Source of the DNA: Gammaproteobacteria bacterium
GTDB lineage: Bacteria > Pseudomonadota > Gammaproteobacteria > Ga0077536
Assembly: GCA_016209015.1 (NCBI GenBank)
Contig: JACQWY010000025.1
Coordinates: forward strand, 3,747 to 67,746
Direction: 5' to 3'
Length of the DNA: 64,000 nt
Below are positions 1 through 8,407 of the stretch, one piece after another. The notes under the pieces were generated by a model, which was given only the letters and a program-made list of their open reading frames with translations, searched no databases and was not told the DNA's origin. The translations under genes were made by a program, and so were the position numbers. Within the stretch, counting starts at the first letter, position 1; each line of letters begins with the position of its first letter.

Positions 1-223
1 CCCGTGCGCGAGGCTCACGATGATCGGTGCCGAGGATGCGGACGACGCCGGCATCGATGCCCTGCAGATCGAGCAGGCAGCGGAAGAGCGTGGACTTGCC
101 CGCGCCGTTCACGCCGATGAGCGCGGTGCTCGCGCCGATGTCGAGGGTCAGCGAGACGGCGTCGAGCGCGAGCGCGCGGCCGTAGCGTTTCGTGAGATCG
201 CGGACCTCGAGCGCGGCGTTCAT
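1..223 (-). CDS. ABC transporter ATP-binding protein, N-terminal fragment (runs off window start)
   Basis: Minus-strand translation from the ATG at 223 gives MNAALEVRDLTKRYGRALALDAVSLTLDIGASTALIGVNGAGKSTLF..., which includes a Walker A motif. It is not in the ORF track because it is truncated by the window edge. Confidence 0.6.
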   Translation of the reverse strand, partial: MNAALEVRDLTKRYGRALALDAVSLTLDIGASTALIGVNGAGKSTLFRCLLDLQGIDAGVVRILGTDHREPRAR

Positions 224-254
224 CGCCGGGCGATCGTCGTGCGTCGTGGCGCCC

Positions 255-974
255 TCAGTAGAGGTAGACGGCGTTGCAGAGTTGCTCGTTCGCGGCGATG
301 TCCCAGATCGGCGGCGTCTTGCTGCTGTCGACGCAGGTCGTGCTCGACATGCCGGCATCGCCCAGCGCTGCGCTCGACGTCGCCGCCTGCCTGAGCACGC
401 CCGTGCCCGGCAGACCGTCGTCGACTTTCACGTCGAGCTCACGCATGACGTTGACCGGGATGCCCTTGCCGAGGACGAGGTTGAGGCGCTCCGCCGGCGG
501 TGTCGATTCATCGGGCCCTGGCAGATAGTCGGTCGTGCGATAGAGGACCATGAGGCCGTTGAAGGCGTTACGCGGCGCCTTGTCCGTGTCGGCCGAGCTC
601 GGCGTGGCCGTGCCGCCCGTGTAGCTGCCCTGAATGAAGCCCGCCTTCGCGAGCTGTTCCCACAGTGCGAGCGGCTCTTCCCACTCCGTCGAGCTCTTGT
701 CGAGCCGGCCGTTGCCGTTGCCGCCGGACGTCACGCCCGGGATGGCCTGGGCGGCGGCATCCTTCGGCCAATCCCCCGGCACCTGCCGGTAGCGATCGAT
801 GAAGCCGTAGTAGGCCGCCTGGATGCCTGAATTCTGATCGGCGATGTTGCGCACGCGCGCGCTCGTGATGAGCTCCTGACCTTTCAGGATGCCGCCGAGC
901 AGGAGGCCGATGATGACGAGGACGATGGCGATTTCGACGAGCGTGAAGCCGCGTTGGGATTGCAGTCGGGACAT
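255..974 (-). CDS. Prepilin-type N-terminal cleavage/methylation domain protein (type IV minor pilin / pseudopilin-like), 239 aa
   Basis: The N-terminus MSRLQSQRGFTLVEIAIVLVIIGLLLGG is a class III signal with an N-methylation motif. The start was trimmed from the 258-aa ORF to the ATG at 974. Confidence 0.75.
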   Translation of the reverse strand: MSRLQSQRGFTLVEIAIVLVIIGLLLGGILKGQELITSARVRNIADQNSGIQAAYYGFIDRYRQVPGDWPKDAAAQAIPGVTSGGNGNGRLDKSSTEWEEPLALWEQLAKAGFIQGSYTGGTATPSSADTDKAPRNAFNGLMVLYRTTDYLPGPDESTPPAERLNLVLGKGIPVNVMRELDVKVDDGLPGTGVLRQAATSSAALGDAGMSSTTCVDSSKTPPIWDIAANEQLCNAVYLY

Positions 975-1014
975 GGGGGGCCCCTCTCGGGCGTGTCGTT
1001 GTTTCCGGGAGTCG

Positions 1015-1030
1015 AGCACATTCCATGCCA
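1015..1030 (-). promoter_or_regulatory. Candidate sigma-54 (-24/-12) promoter for the orphan prepilin gene
   Basis: The minus-strand sequence TGGCATGGAATGTGCT has GG-N10-GC spacing and lies about 40 nt upstream of the ATG at 974. Confidence 0.4.
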
Positions 1031-1127
1031 CGAAAAAACGCGGCTTTTGGGGCCCGTCAACGCCGAAATGGGCCGTCAGGTGTCGTGATTTCGACGCCGC
1101 TGACGAGAATTCGACAACACTCCGCGC

Positions 1128-1859
1128 TCAAGGCGACGGCGCCGCGTCCTTGGCCGTCGCCGCTTCGAGCGCCTCGAGCCGCTGCATGAGAAAGTGCCGC
1201 TCGTTCGGATCGGCGAGCCTGCCGCTCGCGAGCAATCCGCCGAGCAGCACCTTCGCAGCCTCGACCTCGCCCATGTCCGCGAGCACGAAGATCCGCATCT
1301 GCCGCGCCCAGTCCGGAACCGCGGGGCCGGTCGCGTAGCGCGCGAGATCCTCGGCATAGCGCAGCGCGAGCGTCTGATCGTGCAGGCGGTGGCGGGCGAC
1401 GAAGACCGCATGCGCGAGCCAGGGCCAGCGGCGATCCGGATCCTCGCGGAATGTGCGGTCGACGAACTCCAGCATCTGCCGCTGCTTCGCCGGCGCCGGG
1501 ACCTCCGCATAGAAGCGGCTCGCGGCGAGCAAGGGGTACTGGCCTTCCGGGTCGAGCGCGAGCAGAAGCGCGAGCCAGTCGATCACCCGGCCGTAATCGA
1601 GCGCGCGCAGCGGCAGGCTGACGCCCGGCTGCGTATCGAACGCCTGCAGCCACAGCATGCCGAGCTTCGCGAAGACCGCCGGCTCGCCGAGCGCGAGCGC
1701 GCGGGCGACGGACTCGGACGGCGGCGCGGGCAGCGCTTCGGCACGCGCTTCCGGCGGCGGCAGGCGCGCATGCCACGCGAGTTGCGCGGCGAGCGCGAGG
1801 CCGAGCAGCGCGAACAGCGGCCGCGGCACGTCATGCCAGGCGCGGGCGCTCGCGCTCAC
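1128..1859 (-). CDS. Exported hypothetical protein (about 243 aa)
   Basis: A signal-peptide-like N-terminus (PRPLFALLGLALAAQLAWHA). The probable start is a GTG at 1859 that overlaps the stop of the upstream permease (GTGA). The composition is non-repetitive. Confidence 0.45.
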   Translation of the reverse strand: MSASARAWHDVPRPLFALLGLALAAQLAWHARLPPPEARAEALPAPPSESVARALALGEPAVFAKLGMLWLQAFDTQPGVSLPLRALDYGRVIDWLALLLALDPEGQYPLLAASRFYAEVPAPAKQRQMLEFVDRTFREDPDRRWPWLAHAVFVARHRLHDQTLALRYAEDLARYATGPAVPDWARQMRIFVLADMGEVEAAKVLLGGLLASGRLADPNERHFLMQRLEALEAATAKDAAPSP

Positions 1860-2626
1860 AGATTCCGCCGCTCCAGATCGATCTGCCCGATCGCGACGAG
1901 CAACGCGCAGTAGACGAGCGTCTGCACGGCGACCGTCGCGAGCGCCGCCACGGGCGGACCGTGGACGACCCACGCCGCGGGCGCGAAGCGATCGAGCCCG
2001 GGCAGCACGCAGGCGACGAGGCGCGCCGCTGCGGCACAGAAGCGCGTCGCGGCCGCGCTCTGATCCAGGGTCGCGCCGCCCGCGATGAGCAGGATCGCGG
2101 CCATGGAGCGCGCCGCGAGATAGAAAGCGGTGAACGCGGTGAACGCGGCGACGAGGTGATCGAGCGCGATCGCGAACACGAACGCCGCGGTCACGGCGAT
2201 CAGGAGCTCGCCCGCGAGACCCGCAGCGAACGCCGCGACGCCGCCCGCCTCGCCCCACGCGAGCAGCGGCGGCATGCCGAGCACGAGCGCGCCGAGCGCC
2301 ACGGCCTGGAAGCCCGAGAGCCGGCCCGCGAACCACACCCAGCGTGCGACCGGGCGCGACAACACGAGCTCGAGCGCACCCGTCTCCCGTTCGCGCACGA
2401 CACTCGCACAGACGTGCAGCGCGAGGCTGAAGACGAGCGCGAGCCGGAGGCCCGCGGCATAGAGCATGGCGCGATAGTGCGCGGCTTCGGTCACGGCAAG
2501 CGCGGCGGCGAAGCCGGCGAGCAGGGCGAGCGCGAGCACCGTCAGCAGAGTCTGCGCGAAGAAGCGCGTGCGCCACGCCTCGCGGCAGCTCCAGCGGAGC
2601 AGGCTCAGGTACTGGCGTCGGATCAT
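1856..2626 (-). CDS. ABC-2 family permease-like polytopic membrane protein (256 aa)
   Basis: About six hydrophobic helices and an ERETGALELVLSRP motif typical of ABC-2 and NosY-type permeases. The start was trimmed to the ATG at 2626. Confidence 0.5.
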   Translation of the reverse strand: MIRRQYLSLLRWSCREAWRTRFFAQTLLTVLALALLAGFAAALAVTEAAHYRAMLYAAGLRLALVFSLALHVCASVVRERETGALELVLSRPVARWVWFAGRLSGFQAVALGALVLGMPPLLAWGEAGGVAAFAAGLAGELLIAVTAAFVFAIALDHLVAAFTAFTAFYLAARSMAAILLIAGGATLDQSAAATRFCAAAARLVACVLPGLDRFAPAAWVVHGPPVAALATVAVQTLVYCALLVAIGQIDLERRNL

Positions 2627-2773
2627 CGGGACCTCGTCGTTCGCGTGTTCATCCAGGATGCCAAATCCGGGCCAGGGCGGGAATGACGGCGGTTTGCGCC
2701 CGTACGAACCACCGCAGTTTCGGGGCAGGAATTTCGGGGACACGACACCTGATTCCTGTCCCCGAAGTATTAA

Positions 2774-3049
2774 GGAAGCTCTGAACAAGTTCAGAGCTTT
2801 CTGCGGCACATGGACGTGCCGCCGTGAACAGTGGCGTAAGCCATTGTTCACGTAAGGTCGGTTAGAACCATGCTTCTTGCCGACCGTGCTCTGAAAAGTC
2901 CAGGATGGACTTATTCAGAGCTTCCGGCGGCACAGGGATGTGCCGCCGTGAACAGTGGCGTAAGCCATTGTTCACGTAAGGTTGGCAAGAACCACGCTTC
3001 TTGCCGACCGTGCTCTGAAAAGTCCAGGATGGACTTATTCAGAGCTTCC
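2774..3049. repeat. MITE-like element copy 1. It has a 12-bp terminal inverted repeat (GGAAGCTCTGAA / TTCAGAGCTTCC), an internal tandem duplication of an approximately 123-bp hairpin-rich unit, and flanking TTAA at 2770-2773 and 3050-3053.
   Basis: Direct reading: the two units at 2791-2913 and 2914-3037 are about 95% identical. Internal palindromes are gtgaacagtggcgtaagccattgttcac and gcaagaacc..gcttcttgc. The same element recurs at 32588 and 35342. Confidence 0.6.
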
Positions 3050-3176
3050 TTAAACTGTGGCCATCATTCGTGACGCGTGAGTAATTCCGAAAGTTCACCG
3101 GTCGTGAGGCGAGGCCCCGTCCGGAATTAAGTGACGTGTCCCCGAAATTATCCGGGTTTCGGGGACACCTGGCCGA

Positions 3177-4973
3177 TTGTGGAACATCGTCAGGAGCGCG
3201 CGGCCGGGCGCCACGTCAGGCCCGCATGCGGCCGCATCGATTATGATGCCGGCTCCCGGGATGGACTGCAGAGGGAGGTTCACGGCCTTGGCTGATTTCT
3301 CGCGCATCCTCGAGCGCAGGAACGAGCATCGGGTCCTCGGCGTGATGCTGCTGCTGCTCTATGCGGCGTTGCGTGCGGACGCCGCGAGCCCGGTTGCCGC
3401 GGCTCTCATGACGAGCCACCTCGGCCTCTTCTTCCTGTGGCAGCCGATCTGGCAGCGCGATCAGAAGCTCGATCGCGGTGCGGCCGCGCTCGTCATACTG
3501 TTCAGCGCGGCGTTCATCGCGCTGCTCGGCTGGGCGCTCGTGTTCGCCTGGCTCATCATGCTCATCGGCATCGTCGCCGGGCGCTCCGTGCAGACGCGGC
3601 GCGAGCGTTACGTCTACCTGCTCACGCTCGCCTTCCTCATCAGCGAGCTCCTGATCGAGTGCGTGCCGCGCTGGCTCGAGGTGCGCACGCTCGCGCCGGG
3701 CGTCGTCGACGCCGTGCGCCTCGGGCTCTTCGCCATCCCCTGCGCGCTGCCGTTCATCCCGGCACCGCCGGGCGGACCGCGTACCACGTTCCCGATCGAC
3801 TTCTTCCGCGGCATCACCGTCGCGCTCATGACCGCGCTGCTCGGCGTGAGCAGCGTGCTCATGACCTACGAGCTCGATCTCGACTATCCGAAGGCGCTGA
3901 TTCTCGGGCTGCTCGCGCTCGGCGGTTTCCTGCTCACGCTCGGCTGGCTGCTGCGGCCGGCGACCGGCAGCGGCCTCGGCGCGCTGTGGGAGAAATCGCT
4001 GATGAACATCGGCACGCCGTTCGAGGCGTGGATCGCGAGCCTCGCCGCGCTCGCCGGCACGCACGAGGATCCGCAGTCCTTCGTCGCGGCCGCCGCACAC
4101 GAGCTCGCGGACACGCCCTGGGTCGCGGGCATCACGGTCGACGCGGGCGCCTGGCAGGCGCACCACGGGCGCGAGACCGCGTGGCCGGCGCGCGTCGAAG
4201 CCGGCGGTCTCGCGGTGACGATCTACGTCGAACGCCAGCCGGGCGCCACACTGCTCGTGCACTGCCGGCTGCTGGTGCAGATCCTCGGCCACTTCTACAC
4301 CGCGAAACGGCGTGAAGCCGAACAGGCGCGCGAAGCGCATCTGAAGGCGATCCACGAGACCGGCGCGCGGCTCACGCACGACATCAAGAATCTCCTGCAG
4401 TCGCTCAAGCTCATGACGACCGCGCTCGAGGAAGAGACGGACGACCCGGCGCGCGAGGCGGAACGGCAGTCCCTGCTCCGCCGCCAGGTGCCGGACATCA
4501 CGCGCCGTCTGCAGCTCGCGCTCGACAAACTGCAGCAGCCCGCGGCCGGCACCGCCGAGGACGTGCCGCTCGCCGACTGGTGGCGCCGTCTCGTCGCGCG
4601 TTACGACGGTCGCGGGATCCGCTTCAGCGCGGACATCGCGGACGATGCGCGCGCCGTGCCGGGCGAATGCCTCGACAGCGTCGTCGAGAACCTGCTCGAC
4701 AACGCGCTCCAGAAGCGCCTGCTCGTGCCGGAGCTCGCGATCGACGTGCTTGCGACGAGTGCCTCCCGACACTTCGCCGTGCAGGTCATCGACGACGGTG
4801 CCGCGATAGCACCCGCGCTCGCCGCCCAGCTCTTCAAGCAATCCGTCACCTCGGCGAGCGGCCTCGGCATCGGCCTCTTCCAGGCCGCACGCCTCGCCGC
4901 GCTCGCGGACTTGAGGCTCGCGCTCGCGGAAAATCGCGACGGACGGGTGGTGTTCGAGCTCGCGGGGGGCTGA
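3177..4973 (+). CDS. prsK: PEP-CTERM system sensor histidine kinase PrsK-like (multi-TM N-terminus plus HisKA/HATPase)
   Basis: Several TM helices in the first roughly 300 aa. The H-box is LTHDIKNLLQSLKL and the C-terminus is an ATPase domain (G-rich GLGIGL). The gene lies next to prsR, prsT and a PEP-CTERM gene. The start is uncertain; alternative ATGs are at 3243 and 3261. Confidence 0.6.
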   Translation: MWNIVRSARPGATSGPHAAASIMMPAPGMDCRGRFTALADFSRILERRNEHRVLGVMLLLLYAALRADAASPVAAALMTSHLGLFFLWQPIWQRDQKLDRGAAALVILFSAAFIALLGWALVFAWLIMLIGIVAGRSVQTRRERYVYLLTLAFLISELLIECVPRWLEVRTLAPGVVDAVRLGLFAIPCALPFIPAPPGGPRTTFPIDFFRGITVALMTALLGVSSVLMTYELDLDYPKALILGLLALGGFLLTLGWLLRPATGSGLGALWEKSLMNIGTPFEAWIASLAALAGTHEDPQSFVAAAAHELADTPWVAGITVDAGAWQAHHGRETAWPARVEAGGLAVTIYVERQPGATLLVHCRLLVQILGHFYTAKRREAEQAREAHLKAIHETGARLTHDIKNLLQSLKLMTTALEEETDDPAREAERQSLLRRQVPDITRRLQLALDKLQQPAAGTAEDVPLADWWRRLVARYDGRGIRFSADIADDARAVPGECLDSVVENLLDNALQKRLLVPELAIDVLATSASRHFAVQVIDDGAAIAPALAAQLFKQSVTSASGLGIGLFQAARLAALADLRLALAENRDGRVVFELAGG

Positions 4974-5105
4974 GCATCGAGCGTCGATGCGGAGCGGACG
5001 TTGGCGTCGTGGCGATCCCGCCATCGCTCTCAGGATTCCACCGAGCCGCCTCATGGGATGCCGTGAAAGAGGTGCTGCCCCTGGAGCCGGAGATCCATCA
5101 GAGCC

Positions 5106-5165
5106 GTCGTCCCGGCGAATGGACCCTCCCGGCCTCCGCCGGGAGGGTCCCTTCGCCGGGACGAC
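5106..5165. repeat. Nested perfect palindrome (14-bp outer stem around a 10-bp inner hairpin), 133 nt downstream of prsK
   Basis: gtcgtcccggcgaa-tgga-ccctcccggc-ctcc-gccgggaggg-tccc-ttcgccgggacgac. There is no U-tract. It shares the GTCGTCCCGGCG and CCCGGC..GCCGGG motifs with elements at 29080 and 31005/31144. Confidence 0.5.
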
Positions 5166-5170
5166 AGCGG

Positions 5171-5314
5171 TCATAGGATGGGTCGACGAAGGAAACCCAC
5201 CATCGAACGTGACGCCGCGGCACGGAGTCCGGGAGTCGCTGATGCGTTTCCTTCGTCAAGGCGTCCTGTGAGGCCGTGCGACGTCGGGCTTCCTTCGTCA
5301 GCCCGACCTACGGG
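5171..5314. repeat. REP-like hairpin cluster (three units) with a conserved TTCCTTCGTCA / TGACGAAGGAA core
   Basis: Units at 5171-5205, 5244-5263 and 5283-5314. The last unit, gtcgggcttccttcgtcagcccgacctacggg, is near-identical to 36243-36272. Related units occur at 63289-63392. Confidence 0.5.
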
Positions 5315-5317
5315 AGA

Positions 5318-6133
5318 TCACGGCAGCTTTCCGGACAGCACCATGCGATTGTTCAACACCGACGGCGAGAGCCAGATGACGAGATCGTCGAACGCGCAGA
5401 GCGGTGTCGATTCGTTCTCGTCGTCGCTGCAGCCGGCGCCGCCCTTCGTGTAGCCGCGCGCATAGAACACCGCGTCGTCGTCTGTGTTCTCCTGTTCGTC
5501 CGCGGTCGTCGGCGTCGGCAGCGCCACGCCGCCGACGGACGTCGCGCCGTTGCCGTTGCGGCCGTGCGAGAGCACGACGGCCGGCACTTTCGCGGCGGCG
5601 ACGAGGCTCTTCTTGCCTTCCATCGTGCCCGAGGTCGCGGGATTGTCGCCGCGCGTGTCGATGGTGATGTCGCCCTCGGCGCAGAGGTCGAGCTCGAGCA
5701 CCGCCGCGTCGTTGCCGTTGCACAGACCATCGCCGTCCGGGCGCGTGAACTTCGGCGCCGTCACGCGATAGCGGAAACGGTTGCCCCATGCGTCGGCCTG
5801 CGGCGTGCCGAGCTCGGCCCACGGCAGGAAGCCCTCGTTCGTCGCGACACCGCCGCGCAGGCAGATCGCGGTCGAGCGATCGGCGGGATTGTAGACGGGG
5901 TCGGGCATGCCGTCGCCGTCCTGATCCGGACAGGGCAGCCGACCGTGCGTCAGCGCGTAGCCATAGAGCGCTTCGCTCACCTGATTCAGGGTGTCGAGCG
6001 TCTGGCGTCGATCGCGCGCTTCCATCTGCGTCTCGAGCGGCCCGAGCAGGCCCGCGATCACGAGGCCCAGGATGAGCAGCACGATCGACATCTCGATCAG
6101 CGTGAAGCCGCGTCGTCTACGGTGCTCGTGCAT
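5318..6133 (-). CDS. Prepilin-type N-terminal methylation domain protein (minor pilin, MshO/FimT-like), 272 aa
   Basis: The N-terminus is MHEHRRRRGFTLIEMSIVLLILGLVIAG. It lies 16 nt downstream of the PilX-like gene. The start was trimmed from the 418-aa ORF to the ATG at 6133. Confidence 0.75.
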   Translation of the reverse strand: MHEHRRRRGFTLIEMSIVLLILGLVIAGLLGPLETQMEARDRRQTLDTLNQVSEALYGYALTHGRLPCPDQDGDGMPDPVYNPADRSTAICLRGGVATNEGFLPWAELGTPQADAWGNRFRYRVTAPKFTRPDGDGLCNGNDAAVLELDLCAEGDITIDTRGDNPATSGTMEGKKSLVAAAKVPAVVLSHGRNGNGATSVGGVALPTPTTADEQENTDDDAVFYARGYTKGGAGCSDDENESTPLCAFDDLVIWLSPSVLNNRMVLSGKLP

Positions 6134-6149
6134 GGCGTCGTCCCTGGCT

Positions 6150-7955
6150 CTAGTGTCCCGGCGCGAGGACCTGGAGCCGATCGTTGAACGTGCCGGTCGC
6201 CGGCCGCGTCGTGTACTGCGAGTCGCCGTTCGCGTTGTCGTCCTCGAAGTAATCGTCGAGGCTCGCGCTCGGCCGCGCCTGGGTCGCGAGCCGCGCGCCG
6301 GCCGCGACCGCGACGCCCGGCACGTTCTCCACGGTCTCGAGTGCAGCGCCCGGCGCGGTCTGGCGCGTGATCGTGAGACAGGTGCCGGCGAGCGTGCAAT
6401 TCTGTGCGGCGCCGGGCGCATAACCCGCACCGTAAGCGACGGAGACGAGCTGCTGCCAGCGATTCGCGGTGAACCACGCGGGCAGCTCGCCCGGCGAGCG
6501 CGCGCTCGCGGGATCGATCGCGCCGTCGGTATCGATTTCGAGATCCGCGGGTATGGCGTCGAGCGAGAGCGCATCGAGATGATCGCTCGGGCCGAGCGTG
6601 AGGCTCGTCGTGCCGATCTTCGAATTCGGCAGGACCGTATCCGAGACGCGGATCGTCACCGCCATGCCGGCGCCGAGCGTGAGCCCGCCCGCGGCGTCGA
6701 GCACGCGATAACGCAGGGCGCCGGCGCCCGGCGGTTTATGGGCATAGGCGAGCTTCGTGAAGAAGAACTCGTAGTCGCGCTGCACCTGGTAGACGCCGGC
6801 CACGAAGCTGCGCTTGCTCGTGCAGGACAGGATCTCTCCCGCGGACCAGGTGCATTGGCCCTCCGAGAACGGGCCCCATGAGCCCTCGATCGGCCCGGCG
6901 AGCGGCAGGGGCGTGCTCGGCGTCGGATAGAAATTGCAGCTCGAGGCGCGCACGCATTGCGCATCGGGTGGGGACGAACCGCTCGTGACCACCGTACCGG
7001 CACTCGCGATCGCGAAGCCGAAGACGAACGGCGCGGGAAACGAGGAGTTCACGCGCTCGAGCGGCAAGAGACCCGCGCGCGTGCCGACCACACCGTGATA
7101 GCCGGCGGTCGCGGGATTCGCGAACGGCGCGAGCCAGGGATAGGCGTCGTCGCAGCTCGCCGCGAGGGGCGCGGTGCACTGCGGATCGGCGCCGCCTGCG
7201 TCGTCGCCGTCGGGATCGGCGCGATAGCGCTCCAGCGCGCGAGCGACATCCTTCAGCACGCGCTGCTCGACGGCCGCCATCAGCTCGGCGCGGGTGATCG
7301 TGACGACCTCGTCGTCGAACGCGCCGTTCGAGCGCGTCACGAAATGGCTGTCGCCCGTCGTCGCATTGTCGTCCTCGAGATAGTTCTGCGGATTGTAGAG
7401 GCCGGCGATGTCCGCGGGGTCGCGGCTCTGGCCGGCGAGCGCCGCACCCGGCGCGATGACCACCGCGACGACGTCGCCGCCACCGTCGACGACGAGCGTG
7501 CCCGCGGTGTCGCTGTTCAATACACCGCTGCCGTTCGAACGATGATTGTCGGAAACGGCGTACCACAGCGGCGCGCCCGTGCCGTCGGGAAGCGGCGGCA
7601 GGCCGAGCGTGCGCCAGGGCAGGAGGCCGGTTTCGGTCTTCGCGGCGAGCGAGCAGGAATCCGCGCTGCCTACCGGATCGCTCGCGCCCTGGTACGCGTA
7701 ATCGGGACACGGCAGGCGGCCGGGACCCGCACTCGTGCTCGTGCTGTGCTCGGGAAACGTGGCGGCATAGCCGATCAAGGCCTGCTTCGCCGCGGCGAGT
7801 GCACGGTGCGTCGCGGCGTCGTCGCGCAGGCGCGCTTCGAGCCCGGTGTTCAGGGAGCGGACGAGCATGTAGCTCGCGGCGATCACGAGCACGAGGATAG
7901 CGGCGACGGCGGCCACACCCCGTTGCCGGCGCGGCGTCCGGCCGCGCGCGTTCAC
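6150..7955 (-). CDS. PilX/MshP-like large minor pilin (601 aa)
   Basis: The N-terminus MNARGRTPRRQRGVAAVAAILVLVIAASYMLV has the PilX_N-type pattern. The remainder is a long Gly/Cys-containing periplasmic region. An ATGA overlap links it to the upstream gene. Confidence 0.6.
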   Translation of the reverse strand: MNARGRTPRRQRGVAAVAAILVLVIAASYMLVRSLNTGLEARLRDDAATHRALAAAKQALIGYAATFPEHSTSTSAGPGRLPCPDYAYQGASDPVGSADSCSLAAKTETGLLPWRTLGLPPLPDGTGAPLWYAVSDNHRSNGSGVLNSDTAGTLVVDGGGDVVAVVIAPGAALAGQSRDPADIAGLYNPQNYLEDDNATTGDSHFVTRSNGAFDDEVVTITRAELMAAVEQRVLKDVARALERYRADPDGDDAGGADPQCTAPLAASCDDAYPWLAPFANPATAGYHGVVGTRAGLLPLERVNSSFPAPFVFGFAIASAGTVVTSGSSPPDAQCVRASSCNFYPTPSTPLPLAGPIEGSWGPFSEGQCTWSAGEILSCTSKRSFVAGVYQVQRDYEFFFTKLAYAHKPPGAGALRYRVLDAAGGLTLGAGMAVTIRVSDTVLPNSKIGTTSLTLGPSDHLDALSLDAIPADLEIDTDGAIDPASARSPGELPAWFTANRWQQLVSVAYGAGYAPGAAQNCTLAGTCLTITRQTAPGAALETVENVPGVAVAAGARLATQARPSASLDDYFEDDNANGDSQYTTRPATGTFNDRLQVLAPGH

Positions 7956-8407
7956 GGCTTGGCGCGGCCCGCCCGCGCGCCCTCGTAGGCATCGCGCAGG
8001 CGATCCTGTGCGGGATCCCAGGACTGGCCGGGTTTGACGAGCCGGTGCGGTCCGCCCTCGGGCGCCTGCACGACGACGCCGTCGCGCGTGAGCCGGAGCG
8101 CCGGCCCCGCGCCCGGCACCGCGAGCTCCTCCTGCGGCGTGCCGCGTCCGTTCACCCAGGCCGTGCCGTCGCCGCGCCGGCGCAGCACGTAACCCTCGAC
8201 GCTGACGGCGGCGCCCGTCGCGGCAGGCACTTCGATTTCCTCGGCGCGCTGCGGCTCGACGATTTCCGAGCGCTCCTGCGGCGCGCCGACCCCGGCGCGC
8301 GCGGCATCGAGCGCCGCACGTTCCTCGGCCCGGAAGAACAAGCGCCCGAGCCCGTCGGCGTGCGCGGCGCCGGTGCAGATCAGCAGCAGCATCGCGAGCC
8401 GCTTCAT
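7952..8407 (-). CDS. Small exported protein (151 aa), MshK/PilP-like position
   Basis: A signal peptide (MKRLAMLLLICTGAAHA), and ATGA overlaps with both neighbouring genes. Confidence 0.45.
   Translation of the reverse strand: MKRLAMLLLICTGAAHADGLGRLFFRAEERAALDAARAGVGAPQERSEIVEPQRAEEIEVPAATGAAVSVEGYVLRRRGDGTAWVNGRGTPQEELAVPGAGPALRLTRDGVVVQAPEGGPHRLVKPGQSWDPAQDRLRDAYEGARAGRAKP

Noticed and set aside
1856-2626. Polytopic membrane protein considered as the missing exosortase
   Set aside because: At 256 aa it is too short. It carries the ERETGALELVLSRP motif typical of ABC-2/NosY-type permeases rather than exosortase Cys/Arg/Asn signatures.
2774-3049. Tandem roughly 123-bp repeats considered as a CRISPR array
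   Set aside because: There are only two units, they are directly adjacent with no spacers, and they are bounded by a 12-bp TIR and TTAA. No cas genes are present. The same unit occurs singly elsewhere, so this is a MITE-like repeat.
2568-3073. ORFs 2568..2855, 2870..3073 and 32487..32669, whose translations share ...KFRA..G..CRREQWRKPLFT
   Set aside because: They lie entirely within copies of the MITE-like repeat. The shared peptide is just the repeat translated. In addition, the first five residues listed for ORF 2568..2855 (MRHAS) do not match my translation of the displayed bases (CATPP), so I do not trust that track entry.
3216-5174. 652-aa minus-strand ORF antisense to prsK. Similar long R/A/G/P-rich ORFs are 14707..16770, 14927..16663, 20414..23107, 24634..28212 (1192 aa, antisense to tkt-gap-pgk), 11897..13666, 13119..15008, 1128..2576 and 53857..54483.
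   Set aside because: They have low-complexity Arg/Ala/Gly/Pro-rich translations and sit opposite genes with clear family signatures. This is the expected stop-codon-poor antisense frame in 70% GC DNA.
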